Of a DNA stretch of 64,000 bases, positions 10,888-21,394 are shown piece by piece. The notes beneath the pieces were generated by a model that saw only the letters and a program-made list of their open reading frames with translations, searched no databases and was not told where the DNA came from. The DNA is from Candidatus Poribacteria bacterium (GTDB lineage Bacteria > Poribacteria > WGA-4E > WGA-3G). Every line of letters starts with the position of its first letter. Position 1 is the first letter of the stretch. A program made the position numbers and the translations under genes. The stretch lies in contig CBDBFU010000002.1 of the NCBI GenBank assembly GCA_965205025.1, positions 96,001-160,000 on the forward strand, given 5' to 3'.

Positions 10888-11081
10888 CTGCTATATGTTT
10901 TCAATTACCAATACCCTTTGATTCCGTATTTTTTTGAACTTTTAAGCAAAGAGTGTGTGTAACCCAATAAGTTGTATTGAAATCCAATGCATATCTAAGC
11001 ACTACAGATCGGAATTCGTAGTCACACAATATATTTGGATTGTCTTATACCTCAAAATTCTAACGCTTAAGGGGATTAAAA

Positions 11082-12683
11082 ATGCTGCAATCAATCTTAC
11101 AATTGAGAACTTTTTATCACAGACCGTTTCTGTCTTCGAAATTGATAACATTTCTACTCGTTACTACACTATTTGTTGGGTTTCAACTTGCTACACACGC
11201 AAACGCTGGTGAACTGCTACTACAGTTAGAAGATTTCAAAGACCCAGGCAGTTTAACTGTGAAACTTCAAGATGAGCGCGCTGCCGTATCAAAATTCATA
11301 GTCGAACAATTGTCTGACAAAACACAACGACTTTTAAACGAATATGATGGTGTAAACACCCCAACTGTCCCCCTTCAAAAAGCACTACTTTCCGATTTAA
11401 ATCGACTACTCCAAACGTCTCAGTTCTACGACACCCAAAGTTTTGCTAAAATCAAACTTAGTAAGCAGACCCAGCAACTACTTGCGCAAAACCCGCAACG
11501 TGGAGAAACGTTAGTTCGTCTGAATCGTCTTCTTTTAGCAGACACATACCCTTATGAATTAACTGCACCATCCGAACAGCACACCCATGAAGATTCCAAA
11601 GAGATTGAGAAATGTAGAGAGAATTTAAGACAGATAAAACTTGCACTTGAGAAATATCGTGCCAAAGAAAATAATAATCCAAAATGGCTTTCTGAACTGT
11701 CTCCACAATATTTAGACAAAAAAGTACTGCTTTGTCCTGCGGATGCGACAAAGGGTAATCCTGGCGTTTTAACAGTAGACGCCGAGGATCCGACGTTACC
11801 GTGTAGTTATCTCTACGAATTTCGTTCTTCTCAGAAAGTAGGTCAGGATATCTTATTGGAACATCAGGGTGATATGCTACCTATTGTCCGATGTCAGCAT
11901 CACCAGCTCAATTTGAGTGTCAGCGGCAAACTTTATCGTAATGGTCCTCAAAGAATTATTTACAATAACAGCACAGTGAAAATTACGCAAACCTCCTCCG
12001 TGTCAAACCCTTCCTCAGCAAATCTGCCTCCAGAAGTTAAAAAGCAAATGCAGGAAGAACACCTAAAAAAAGGTCATGGAACAACACATACCACTACCAT
12101 TCAACTTGACGGATCTAAGGACTTTCGAGCGCAACTCAAAGCGCAATTCGGTGAGGCGTACCTTGAATCACCGGAGGGAAAAGCACTACTAAAGCAGTTG
12201 GGATCGGCACAACCCACGTCATCAAATCAGGAAATACTGGCAAACCTTAAAGACAAACCGATGCCAGACATTGATTTGACTGATCTATCGGGAAAACCTA
12301 TTAAGTTAGAGGAATTGCGCAGCAAATTCGTTCTTATGAATTTCTTTTCGTTAGACTCTGACACCAGTGGGAAAAAGTTACAACATCTGGAGAAACTGCT
12401 TAAAAACCATAAAACCTCCCAATTGAAGACAATCGGTATTAGCTACAACGATTCTACAAAGGTGATTGATACGTTCAAGAAAAAACATAAACTTTCAATG
12501 CCTATCTGGCGCGCTAAAAACGACCAGATACAAGACCACCTTAATATAGATATGTCTAAATCACAAACGGAACTTATAACGATTCTTTTAAATCAGGAAC
12601 TACTTGTAATAGATGTATTTATAGATTTGAATCCAGAAAACCTTTCAGAAAAGGTTAAACAGCTAATTGAGTCGAAAGAGTAA
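11082..12683 (+). CDS. secreted multidomain protein with pilin/pseudopilin-like middle region and C-terminal redoxin-like fold lacking CxxC
   Basis: Hydrophobic N-terminal signal. CRENLRQIKLALEKY..LLCPAD..CSYLY region. C-terminal PDIDLTDLSGKPIKLEELRSKFVLMNFF, which is TlpA/AhpC-TSA-like. Confidence 0.7.
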   Translation: MLQSILQLRTFYHRPFLSSKLITFLLVTTLFVGFQLATHANAGELLLQLEDFKDPGSLTVKLQDERAAVSKFIVEQLSDKTQRLLNEYDGVNTPTVPLQKALLSDLNRLLQTSQFYDTQSFAKIKLSKQTQQLLAQNPQRGETLVRLNRLLLADTYPYELTAPSEQHTHEDSKEIEKCRENLRQIKLALEKYRAKENNNPKWLSELSPQYLDKKVLLCPADATKGNPGVLTVDAEDPTLPCSYLYEFRSSQKVGQDILLEHQGDMLPIVRCQHHQLNLSVSGKLYRNGPQRIIYNNSTVKITQTSSVSNPSSANLPPEVKKQMQEEHLKKGHGTTHTTTIQLDGSKDFRAQLKAQFGEAYLESPEGKALLKQLGSAQPTSSNQEILANLKDKPMPDIDLTDLSGKPIKLEELRSKFVLMNFFSLDSDTSGKKLQHLEKLLKNHKTSQLKTIGISYNDSTKVIDTFKKKHKLSMPIWRAKNDQIQDHLNIDMSKSQTELITILLNQELLVIDVFIDLNPENLSEKVKQLIESKE

Positions 12684-12786
12684 CAGATGCGTAAGTCAGC
12701 GCCTATTCTACGTATCAATGTTATAAGTACTTCAAAACTGAGAAAAAACATGCTAACAAAACTTAGTAAAGAGGTTCCACAAGAAC

Positions 12787-14238
12787 ATGTTATTATCGCT
12801 AATTCAAAAAGAGATTATGCATCATATTCTGAGTGTTCGGTTTGTAGCACTTCTCTTAATGTGTGTTTTACTTGTCCCGCTTACGCTCTCTATCAATTAT
12901 CAAAATTATCGCCAAAATCAGATAGACTATCAAGAAGCAGTCAAACGTGCTAACGCTGAAGCAAAAGAAAATCCACCAAATGCATTAGATCCTGACAAGG
13001 AAGTTTCCAAACTTTACCTCAAACCCACGCCATTAAGCGTATTCGCTAACGGGTTAGAAGAGGCACTGCCTACCTATCTTGGAATGACCCGTAATGGTGT
13101 AAAGCAAAGTTCAACAGAACTTACCCAGGCGAGACTTTCTTTTGCGCTGGGTAATCTTGATTTTCTATTTGTTGTTAGCACGGTGTTTAGTCTGCTCGCT
13201 TTGTTATTTACGTTTGATGCTGTTGCGGGGGAAAGGGAAACAGGAACGATACGAATTACCCTCGCAAATTCCCTCCCTCGCGACCGCTTCCTGTTAGGAA
13301 AGCTGATTGGCGGATATCTTGTGTTCGTTGTTCCATTTTTTGTATCGTTTTTATTTGGTTTGTTGTTGCTTGTTTGGCAAGGGTTTCCCTTGGGTGAACC
13401 TGATATCTTCCCCCGAGTAATGACTTTGACCCTTGCCGCATTGCTCTATATTGGGGTGTTTTTTGGGATAGGCACGGTTATTTCCACTTACTTAGACAGT
13501 GCCAAAACTGCGCTCATTGTCGCATTTACCGTCTGGGTGTTCACTGTACTGATCGCACCACGTGTTGGATTTCTTGGAGCGAAAATCATCGCACCCACCC
13601 GAACAGAGCAGAGTGTCTATATGGAAAAAGCATTACTACGACAGGACCTCTTGAAAGAAAAACAACAAAAATTAAATAATAAATTTTTTGAAACCCTTGG
13701 CGATGGTAGATTCAGTTTAACAGAGGATCTTAAAGAAAAAATGGATGAACTTAGGGTACCTCTTGAAGAGGAATACCGACAGAAATTTCAGGACCAGGTG
13801 AGCAAAATTGATCGGGAGTACCAACGCCAGCAGGACCGACAAGAACGGATGGGAGAGATGTTTTCCCGAATCACGCCAACATCTTCTTTAATCTATCTGG
13901 CAATGAACTTATCACAGACAGGAAAACTGAAAAGAAACACCTATTTTGATACAGGAAACCTTTATTACGATCAACTTGATGAAGAATATTTTAAGGATGT
14001 TTCAGATGACGCCCTCGCCATGGCGACAAATCTGTCAGATCGTATGACAGCTCGTATGAATCCTTTTGCAGTATCTTCTAATCAAGAAACAGAAAAAATT
14101 TCACCTGCCCCTGACCTAATAGAATCTTCATTATTTGACACATTGAGACATTCTATGTTAGATACATTTCTTCTCTGTGTTTTTGCTGTCGCACTCACAA
14201 CGGTAGCGTTTTTGAAATTCTTCAGGTTAGATATTTGA
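12787..14238 (+). CDS. ABC-2 type transporter permease, subfamily A
   Basis: Paralogue of 3182..4600, ending FFRLDI. Confidence 0.92.
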   Translation: MLLSLIQKEIMHHILSVRFVALLLMCVLLVPLTLSINYQNYRQNQIDYQEAVKRANAEAKENPPNALDPDKEVSKLYLKPTPLSVFANGLEEALPTYLGMTRNGVKQSSTELTQARLSFALGNLDFLFVVSTVFSLLALLFTFDAVAGERETGTIRITLANSLPRDRFLLGKLIGGYLVFVVPFFVSFLFGLLLLVWQGFPLGEPDIFPRVMTLTLAALLYIGVFFGIGTVISTYLDSAKTALIVAFTVWVFTVLIAPRVGFLGAKIIAPTRTEQSVYMEKALLRQDLLKEKQQKLNNKFFETLGDGRFSLTEDLKEKMDELRVPLEEEYRQKFQDQVSKIDREYQRQQDRQERMGEMFSRITPTSSLIYLAMNLSQTGKLKRNTYFDTGNLYYDQLDEEYFKDVSDDALAMATNLSDRMTARMNPFAVSSNQETEKISPAPDLIESSLFDTLRHSMLDTFLLCVFAVALTTVAFLKFFRLDI

Positions 14239-14315
14239 TACTGATAGACAAAATGAAGAATTTTACCCAGAATTGTGCTTGCGTCTCATGAAATCCTTGT
14301 TGTACTATTCTTTTC

Positions 14316-14341
14316 TGCAACTTTTCTGGTCAGAGTGTGTT
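14316..14341 (+). promoter_or_regulatory. putative ECF sigma promoter TGCAAC-N16-TGTT
   Basis: The same motif and spacing recur at 19617, 21331, 24978 and 27728. Confidence 0.55.
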
Positions 14342-14430
14342 AAAAACAATTAACAAAGGTTTGATGACACAAAAGTGTGCTTATAAACAGTGGTAGCACC
14401 TCAATAATTTACACTAACAAAGGAGACATT

Positions 14431-15225
14431 ATGAAACGGAAAATTGTTATGTCAATGTTCACATTTTTGATAATTATGGGATGTGTATTCTTTTTTGGGT
14501 CTCAAGCAAATTCTTTCACTTTCACATTCGGCGAAACGATGGAATTCAAGCAAATACCATCTGACCTCCCAGAAGAATATTCAGGACCGCAAACCGTGCA
14601 AGCATTGATGGATGTCTTTGATGCCGAGTACAATCGGGTCCATTTAAAGACCACGATACGTATATCTGCCGATGAACATAGCCAATCCAGCCAATTTACA
14701 AATAATGAGATAGAGGCACGATATCCGCGGGGCGAGTGGCTTAAAATCTTGTTGGACAAAGGTTTCACCATACAGAATTTCCGAAAATATGCATCCTGTC
14801 TAACGAAAAGGCATATTTTGGCGTTTCTGGAAGATAATCCAGATTTTTGGAAAACCGGGTTCCATGGTATGCCCCTATTTTCTGGTATGCCCGTGACGAA
14901 TGATTGGGAAACTTATAAAGCCGCTTATATTGATAAGTTGGTAAACAAACATCTCAAGAAGATTCGTGAAGCAGAACAGGTTGAACAAGCCAAAACACAA
15001 ACTGAACAAGCTAAAGCACAGGTTGAACGCGCCAAGGTGCTGGCTGAACAAGCAAAGAATAAGTTCAATTCACAACAACTTGAGAACGTTAGGAAGCAGA
15101 TTGAACACGCCAAGGAACAGATTGAGCGTTTACGCGAGACTTTAGAACGTCTTAATGAATCAATGCCTCCTCCCCAAAATCCAAAACAAAAGATGAAAAA
15201 GAAACCTCGCACTATTCAAATATAG
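14431..15225 (+). CDS. secreted protein with ECF-associated domain and C-terminal coiled coil
   Basis: AAGGAG SD then MKRKIV plus signal peptide. YSGPQTVQALM..YPRGEWL..LAFLEDNP domain shared with 21395 and 25090. Heptad-rich tail. Confidence 0.8.
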   Translation: MKRKIVMSMFTFLIIMGCVFFFGSQANSFTFTFGETMEFKQIPSDLPEEYSGPQTVQALMDVFDAEYNRVHLKTTIRISADEHSQSSQFTNNEIEARYPRGEWLKILLDKGFTIQNFRKYASCLTKRHILAFLEDNPDFWKTGFHGMPLFSGMPVTNDWETYKAAYIDKLVNKHLKKIREAEQVEQAKTQTEQAKAQVERAKVLAEQAKNKFNSQQLENVRKQIEHAKEQIERLRETLERLNESMPPPQNPKQKMKKKPRTIQI

Positions 15226-15387
15226 CATAACGTTATAGACGTTGTGTCTATTTTGTATTCATTAATATAAATAAAACTTGCACATCTAACGTATTTGCTG
15301 GCATAGTTGTTATAACCGCCCTGCAAAAAAGAGGTTTTGTGTGAGTCATGAGGGGTTGTTTTTGCCATCATATATAGAGAATGCTAA

Positions 15388-15543
15388 ATATTACTAACGC
15401 TAATTCGTAAAGAGATGATGCATCATATTCTGAGCGTCCGCTTCGTCGCGCTCCTTGTGATGTGTCTCCTTCTCGTCCCGCTCACACTTTCTACAAATTA
15501 CCGAAATTATCGACAGAACTTAGTAGATTACTAAGAAACCGTC
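15388..15543 (+). pseudogene. 5' remnant of subfamily A permease
   Basis: Homologous to the 26174 start, but ATG is changed to ATA, CAA is changed to TAA at 15532, and the copy is truncated. Confidence 0.85.
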
Positions 15544-15563
15544 CTATACTTTAAGGAGTCGTT

Positions 15564-17039
15564 ATGCTACGAACAATTATTAGACAAGAACTTTTGGCAT
15601 ACCTGATGAGCGCAAGGTTTTTTGCTGCTGTCATCATTACGCTCCTGCTTGTTGTTGCGAATGCTGTCGTTCTTCTTGAAGATTATGAACGCCGATTGGA
15701 GAGATATAGTCATCAAGAAAATGTGCATCGCGAGAAAGCACAAGAAGCAAAAACTTATTCATTTCTAAAACTTTATGTTGAACGTCCTCCTAATCCCTTA
15801 GGTCTCTTTAGTGCTGGATTGGACAAACGACTTGGGGGAACCCTTGAAATTTATCACGGTTCCGTCCCGATGATTTCAAATGCTTCAGCGCGTAGCCTTG
15901 ATAATCCATTTCTAAACCTCTTTTCAAAGATTGATCTCGTCTTTATTTTCCAAGTAGTGCTAAGTTTAATAGCACTGCTTTTTGCTTACGATGCCATAGC
16001 AGGTGATCGGGAAACAGGCACCTTGCGTTTGGTTATATCACATCCAGTGAGGCGTGGAAACATTTTGTTTGCAAAATATATTAGTGCCATGGTTTGCCTA
16101 CTACTCCCCGTGCTTATGAGTCTGTTGATGGTTATGTTTCTGTTATCTATTACCGGTTCAATTCAACTGGACGGGCAGGATTATGTTCGGATAGGTGGAA
16201 TAGTGTTGACAACAAGTATTTATCTTTCTGTATTTTACCTAATTGGACTGCTGATTTCTACGACGACGCGCCGCACAGCCACCTCCCTGATGCTCTGTAT
16301 GTTTGTATGGGTCGTTTTGGTTCTCGTTTATCCGAACTGGAGTCGGTTTACTATCAATCCAGTGGGTGATATGCAAGCAGTAAGAACATCTACTGAAGAA
16401 CATGTGAATCAGATTTGGGAAGAGGTTGACAGAGAAGAACAGCGATTTGTTGCAAATAGCCCACTTGAGGAAGACCCTCCGTGGTTTAATTTGAGTTACC
16501 ATGAACAGGGGCGCAACTACGGAGATCGTCGACAAATGCTTACATCCAAAGTAAAAGAGAAATCTGAGCATTTAGTTCCTCACGTTCAAAGATACCATGA
16601 AACGATGGAAACTTTACGTATCCGTTTGGCAGAACAAACCGCTTTAATACAAAAACAGTCTTTAGATAAAACGACCTTGCGAGAGGCGAAATGGCATGAA
16701 CACCTGATGAAACTCAGTCCGGCAGGTTTATATACGTTTGCAGCTTCCGCGTGGGCGGGTACCGATTTGGATGGAATGTTTGATTATGTTGACACTGCGC
16801 AGCAGTATCGACGTTCCCTCATAGACTATTTACATGAAAAAAACGCATTCGGCAGCCGGCAATGGTTCGACACGAGCAAAGGTGAAGTAGATTGGTGGGA
16901 TTTACCGCAGTTCCGCTATGAGCAGGCAGACGTTTGGGAGAACGCAACGCGAGCATTCCCCGAGTTGTTTTTGTTGCTACTCATCAATACGGTTTTGTTC
17001 ACAGTGGCATTTCTGCTTTTTGTCAAAATTGAAGTTTAG
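15564..17039 (+). CDS. ABC-2 type transporter permease, subfamily B
   Basis: RPPNPLGLF and GDRETGTLRLVISHPV motifs, ends FVKIEV. Confidence 0.92.
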   Translation: MLRTIIRQELLAYLMSARFFAAVIITLLLVVANAVVLLEDYERRLERYSHQENVHREKAQEAKTYSFLKLYVERPPNPLGLFSAGLDKRLGGTLEIYHGSVPMISNASARSLDNPFLNLFSKIDLVFIFQVVLSLIALLFAYDAIAGDRETGTLRLVISHPVRRGNILFAKYISAMVCLLLPVLMSLLMVMFLLSITGSIQLDGQDYVRIGGIVLTTSIYLSVFYLIGLLISTTTRRTATSLMLCMFVWVVLVLVYPNWSRFTINPVGDMQAVRTSTEEHVNQIWEEVDREEQRFVANSPLEEDPPWFNLSYHEQGRNYGDRRQMLTSKVKEKSEHLVPHVQRYHETMETLRIRLAEQTALIQKQSLDKTTLREAKWHEHLMKLSPAGLYTFAASAWAGTDLDGMFDYVDTAQQYRRSLIDYLHEKNAFGSRQWFDTSKGEVDWWDLPQFRYEQADVWENATRAFPELFLLLLINTVLFTVAFLLFVKIEV

Positions 17040-17157
17040 CTGAATACGTAGTTTGCGTAGGTTGAATAGAACGTAGTGAATCCTATAAATGTTAATTTAG
17101 TACCTGAATTACATACTCACCTTAACTAAACAATCAGCATTCTAAGGGAGAAGATGA

Positions 17158-18693
17158 ATGATATTACATATTATCAAACGAGAACTCTTCGACCACATCA
17201 ATAGCCTACGATTTGTCTTAACGACGGCAATACTTATAATCTTAATGTTTACCAACGCCTGGGTACATATAAACACACACCCCGATAAGGTGCGTAAATA
17301 TTCCAATAATATTACCAAATCTCTTGATGACTTGAAATCCCGAACAGAGTTGTACACGCTGATACGAAAGGGACCAGGCAATCTCTACAAAAGTCCGTCT
17401 TCGCTTTCTTTCATCGCCGATGGAGATGATGCTTATTTACCGAGTAACATATACAGTCCTGGGTCTTGGTCGAAATCCGGTATTGGTGGTAGAGTAAGAA
17501 GCAATTGGTGGTTAAGTTATGTCAGCGTGAATCCTGATGCGAAAGACCTCCGTCCACAAGCAACAAAGATAGATTGGGTATTTGTTATCACCTACCTACT
17601 CTCTCTTATCCCGCTCTTGTTTACATTTGACTCGTTTTCCGGTGAACGCGAACGAGGCACTCTACGCTTGTGTCTGGCAAACCCAATTTCGCGTCCTACT
17701 TTATTAGTCGGTAAATTCTTAGGAAGCTTGATAGCCATTCTCATTCCTTTTGTTTTTGCTGTGTTGCTGAATCTTGCAGTGATTTCCGCAGATAGTTGGA
17801 CACAACTGAATGCTATGGACTGGGGACGTTTGGGAATAATCCTGCTCATTGCAGTAAGTTACGCTGGAATCTTCATTGGATTGGGTTTAATGATTTCAGC
17901 GGGTACACGAGAACCTCGACTCAGTTTGATCGTTGTCCTGTTGATTTGGGTAACAGTTGTGGTTTTTGTTCCCTCAACACTTGGAACACTTTCCACAAAA
18001 TGGATGCCGACTCTACAAACAAACGATCAATTTCAAGCCGAGAAAAAATTAGCAATTGACGAGAATAACGCAGACTATAATGAGAAAATAAAGAAAGTCA
18101 AGGAGCAGAAACTTTCTGGTGCGCAAAGTAAACTTCAGCAACTGGCGAAAATGCCTCGCGAAAATGTCTCCCCTGAAGATATTAAAGCCGCTCAAGAAGA
18201 ATATAATTCAATTTGGCAGAAAGATGGAAATGAAGAATTACAAATCAAGTCAGATTTTGTTAAAAAAGATGTTGAAATCCGAGAACAGTTTAACCGCTCC
18301 CATTTAGACGCACAAACCGCTCAGATTCGGAGTGCAAGAGCAGCAACCCGGTTTTCTCCTGCAGCGATTGTCCAATACGCGCTTGAATCCATGGCAGGCA
18401 CCGGTTTTAATCGGCACTTACAATTCTTAGACAACGTGTATCTTTACAAGAAACAATTTCGGCAATTTATTGCTGATACTGATAGAGCAGACAACGAAAG
18501 TCTACACCTTATCGGTATCCCTGAAGGTATGTCTAAGAAGACGGTAACGATTGAGGCAATTCCTAAATTTGAGGACAAAATCACCTTCAAGGATACGTTC
18601 AACTCCGCGACTTTGGATCTGTTATTACTCGTCCTACTTCTCGTGATATTTTTTTCAGGAGCGTTCCTCGTCTTTTTACGCACCGAGGTCTGA
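17158..18693 (+). CDS. ABC-2 type transporter permease, subfamily C
   Basis: FDSFSGERERGTLRL and ESMAGTGFNRH motifs, ends FLRTEV. Confidence 0.92.
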   Translation: MILHIIKRELFDHINSLRFVLTTAILIILMFTNAWVHINTHPDKVRKYSNNITKSLDDLKSRTELYTLIRKGPGNLYKSPSSLSFIADGDDAYLPSNIYSPGSWSKSGIGGRVRSNWWLSYVSVNPDAKDLRPQATKIDWVFVITYLLSLIPLLFTFDSFSGERERGTLRLCLANPISRPTLLVGKFLGSLIAILIPFVFAVLLNLAVISADSWTQLNAMDWGRLGIILLIAVSYAGIFIGLGLMISAGTREPRLSLIVVLLIWVTVVVFVPSTLGTLSTKWMPTLQTNDQFQAEKKLAIDENNADYNEKIKKVKEQKLSGAQSKLQQLAKMPRENVSPEDIKAAQEEYNSIWQKDGNEELQIKSDFVKKDVEIREQFNRSHLDAQTAQIRSARAATRFSPAAIVQYALESMAGTGFNRHLQFLDNVYLYKKQFRQFIADTDRADNESLHLIGIPEGMSKKTVTIEAIPKFEDKITFKDTFNSATLDLLLLVLLLVIFFSGAFLVFLRTEV

Positions 18694-18732
18694 TTTTACT
18701 GAAATTAGCCACAGGAGTCAATTGAACGGCTT

Positions 18733-18760
18733 GGTAGGTTCGATTTCCTAACCGAACCGG
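18733..18760. repeat. GTAG-type REP-like hairpin
   Basis: GTAGGTTCGATTTCCTAACCGAACC. Near-identical reverse-complement copy at about 2450-2475. Confidence 0.6.
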
Positions 18761-18922
18761 ACTTAGTTGAGTTCCTAATCATGGCACTTGTTTTTACGGA
18801 ATTATTTGTAATACGCTGAAAATCAAGGATTTTCATGAATGATCTGGAACGATTAGGAAACTGCTCCTACCGTAGTGTAAAACAATTAATAGAGATGCAC
18901 AAACTGACAAAAGGAATATATT

Positions 18923-19385
18923 ATGAAAAAACATACACTCGTTATTATTCTGATTATTGTTTTCCTGATTGTTGCATGGGTTAGCAGCACTATGATCACG
19001 ATCACCGATGAGATTAATATCGTGGATAGAATAACACATAATCACTACAAAGTTGATCCGAAAGGCCAGTTAATCGGTTAATGCGGAGATTGGCGAGGTT
19101 TCTGTTGAGGAATCAGATCATCACGTGTCTGATATTGATATTGATATCAAAAAGGAATGGAAATCAGGTATGCTGTTTCAACCGAAGTCAAAACGATGGA
19201 TTAAGGATATGCTCAAAGATTTAGAAGTCAAAATCATACGGGACCCACCCAGATGTACGGATTGACGTTAAATTCAAACGCGGAAAGCGACGTTGGAAAA
19301 GGGGATTAAAATGGTTGACGGTTAACATTCAGCTTAGAGTACCGCGTCAATATAAGGTCGTTTCAAAATGCCATGTCCAAGTGAG
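18923..19385 (+). pseudogene. frameshifted, truncated secreted beta-rich (DUF4097/adhesin-like) protein
   Basis: AAGGA SD, then MKKHTLVIILIIVF signal. Joining frames gives YKVDPKGQL..VNAEIGEVSVEE..VRIDVKF..IQLRVPRQYKV. It ends just before a MITE end at 19398. The family call is tentative. Confidence 0.55.
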
Positions 19386-19409
19386 AGTTTGTATAAATAA
19401 CGTGAGTTT

Positions 19410-19562
19410 GATAAACGATATCCACGGACAAAGTGGCTTCAACTGATTTTGGAGATAGGAGAGACATTCCGTCAATCTCTTGTAGATATACTCCTGCTCT
19501 GCTTCTTTGCGGTCGTGTTGACAACTGTGTCATTTCTGAGATTTTTCCGTTCTGATATTTGA
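19410..19562 (+). pseudogene. chimeric remnant: 46 bp of the ECF C-terminal domain fused to the 3' end of a subfamily A permease
   Basis: 19410-19455 is identical to 22199-22244. 19461-19562 encodes ETFRQSLVDILLLCFFAVVLTTVSFLRFFRSDI*. Confidence 0.85.
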
Positions 19563-19616
19563 CACAACAAATTGTGATAAACCGTAGCATATCCAAAACG
19601 CTTGGCGTGAAATAGA

Positions 19617-19642
19617 TGCAACTTTTACCAGAGTCATTTGTA
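19617..19642 (+). promoter_or_regulatory. putative ECF sigma promoter TGCAAC-N16-TGTA
   Basis: Motif lies about 70 bp upstream of the permease start at 19715. Confidence 0.5.
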
Positions 19643-19714
19643 GTAAGTGTTGAAAACAATCCTATCGCATGAGATCACACAAATTAGATAAATGCAAAAT
19701 AAAGGAAATTCAAC

Positions 19715-21132
19715 ATGTTAATGACACTGATTCGGAAAGAGATGATGCATCATATCCTGAGCGTTCGTTTTGTCGCATTGCTTTTGATGTGTCTCTTGCT
19801 TGTTCCTCTTACTCTGCACATTAATTACCGCACTTACCTACAAAACCAGATAAATTACCAGGAATCAGTCAAACTTTCTGGAGCAGAAGATGAGGAAAAG
19901 CCACCAGATACCCCCGCCCCGGGACTTGGAAGTTTCTAAACTCTTTCTTGAACCGACGCCTTTAAGCGTGTTTGCGAAAGGTTTAGAGGAATCCCTTCCG
20001 AGTTATCTTGGCATGACACGCAATGGGGTAAAACAAGGTTCAACTTCAACCGCAGATGCGCCTCTCTCCTCAGCTTTGGGAAACCTTGATTTTCTGTTTG
20101 TCGCCAGTACTGTCTTTAGTCTGCTGGCACTATTATTTACGTTTGATGCTGTCGCCGGTGAAAGAGAAGCAGGCACACTTCGGATTACCTTGGCAAACGC
20201 TCTCTCCCGCGATCTATTTTTGTGGAGCAAACTGATTGGTGGATACATTGTTTTCGTTGTTCCGTTCCTTGTATCGTTTCTCTTAGGTTTGCTCCTAATT
20301 GTCTCACAAGGATTTCCTTTGGGCGAGTCTGACATTTTTTCTACGCGTGCTCAGTTTGACTTTAGTTTCGTTGCTCTACATAGGTGTATTTTTTGCAATA
20401 GGAACAGTAATTTCTACTTTTTTAGATAATTCCAAGACAGCACTCATTGTCGCCTTTACAGTGTGGGTGCTTGCAGTATTAATTACGCCACGCGTTGGAT
20501 TTCTAACCGCTAAACTCATTGCACCGACACGCGCTGTGCAAAGCGTCTATATGGAAAAAAACTGCAATTCGGAAACAATCTCAATAAAGAAAAGGATGCA
20601 ATAGTCGTGAAAAAAATTATTGAAACTTTGGGAACTTCATTTGACTTTAATAAGAATGCCACTAAAAATCGCTGAAATCAGAAAACCGATTGATGCCGAA
20701 TATCGACAGAAATTTCAGGAACAGGTTGAAAAAGTGGAACGCGAGTATGAACGTGAAAAAAAGCGACAAGAATCGGTAGGAGAAACCATTTCACGAATCA
20801 CACCGACGTCTTCGCTCACATATCTCGTCATGAATTTAGCAGAGACCGGAAGAATCAAAAGAAACACCTATTTTCAAACAGGCACTCTTTATTATAACCA
20901 ACTTGAGGATGAGTATTTTAGTGAAATTGCAGATGACCAGTTTGCAGCAATAATGCGATTCACATCAAGTCAACCTTCCGAATCGAAAAAAATCGCTCCA
21001 CCGCCAGACATTATAGAAACCTCTTTATCAGAAACCCTTCGCCACTCCGTCACAGATCTACTCTTGCTCTGCTTCTTAGCCGTTGTGTTGACAACTGTGG
21101 CGTTTCTGAAATTCTTCCGTGTTGATATTTGA
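19715..21132 (+). pseudogene. subfamily A permease broken by about five +1 frameshifts (possible sequencing error)
   Basis: Four consecutive ORF pieces reconstruct a full permease. Every shift is an extra base in a homopolymer run (about 19920, 20340, 20560, 20573 and 20665). Confidence 0.85.
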
Positions 21133-21330
21133 AATAGTAGACTATTGTATGCCAACAAAACTAACCGCACAGGACATTTTTCTGATTTTTTATGAAAGAA
21201 TTATCTCAATAACAAGTGTCGGGACCGTGGATTGATGGATACGGTTAGAAGTCTCACTTACCAGGAAATTACGTAAGTCCTAAATATAAATTGAAGGTTT
21301 CTATCTCGATTTTACAATTTTCTCAAGTTA

Positions 21331-21357
21331 TGCAACTTTTTTACTTCAAATTGTGTC
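21331..21357 (+). promoter_or_regulatory. putative autoregulatory ECF promoter TGCAAC-N17-TGTC
   Basis: Lies directly upstream of the ECF sigma gene. Confidence 0.6.
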
Positions 21358-21394
21358 ATGTATATCGTAAGTCCATTTATTGTGGAGAACTTTG

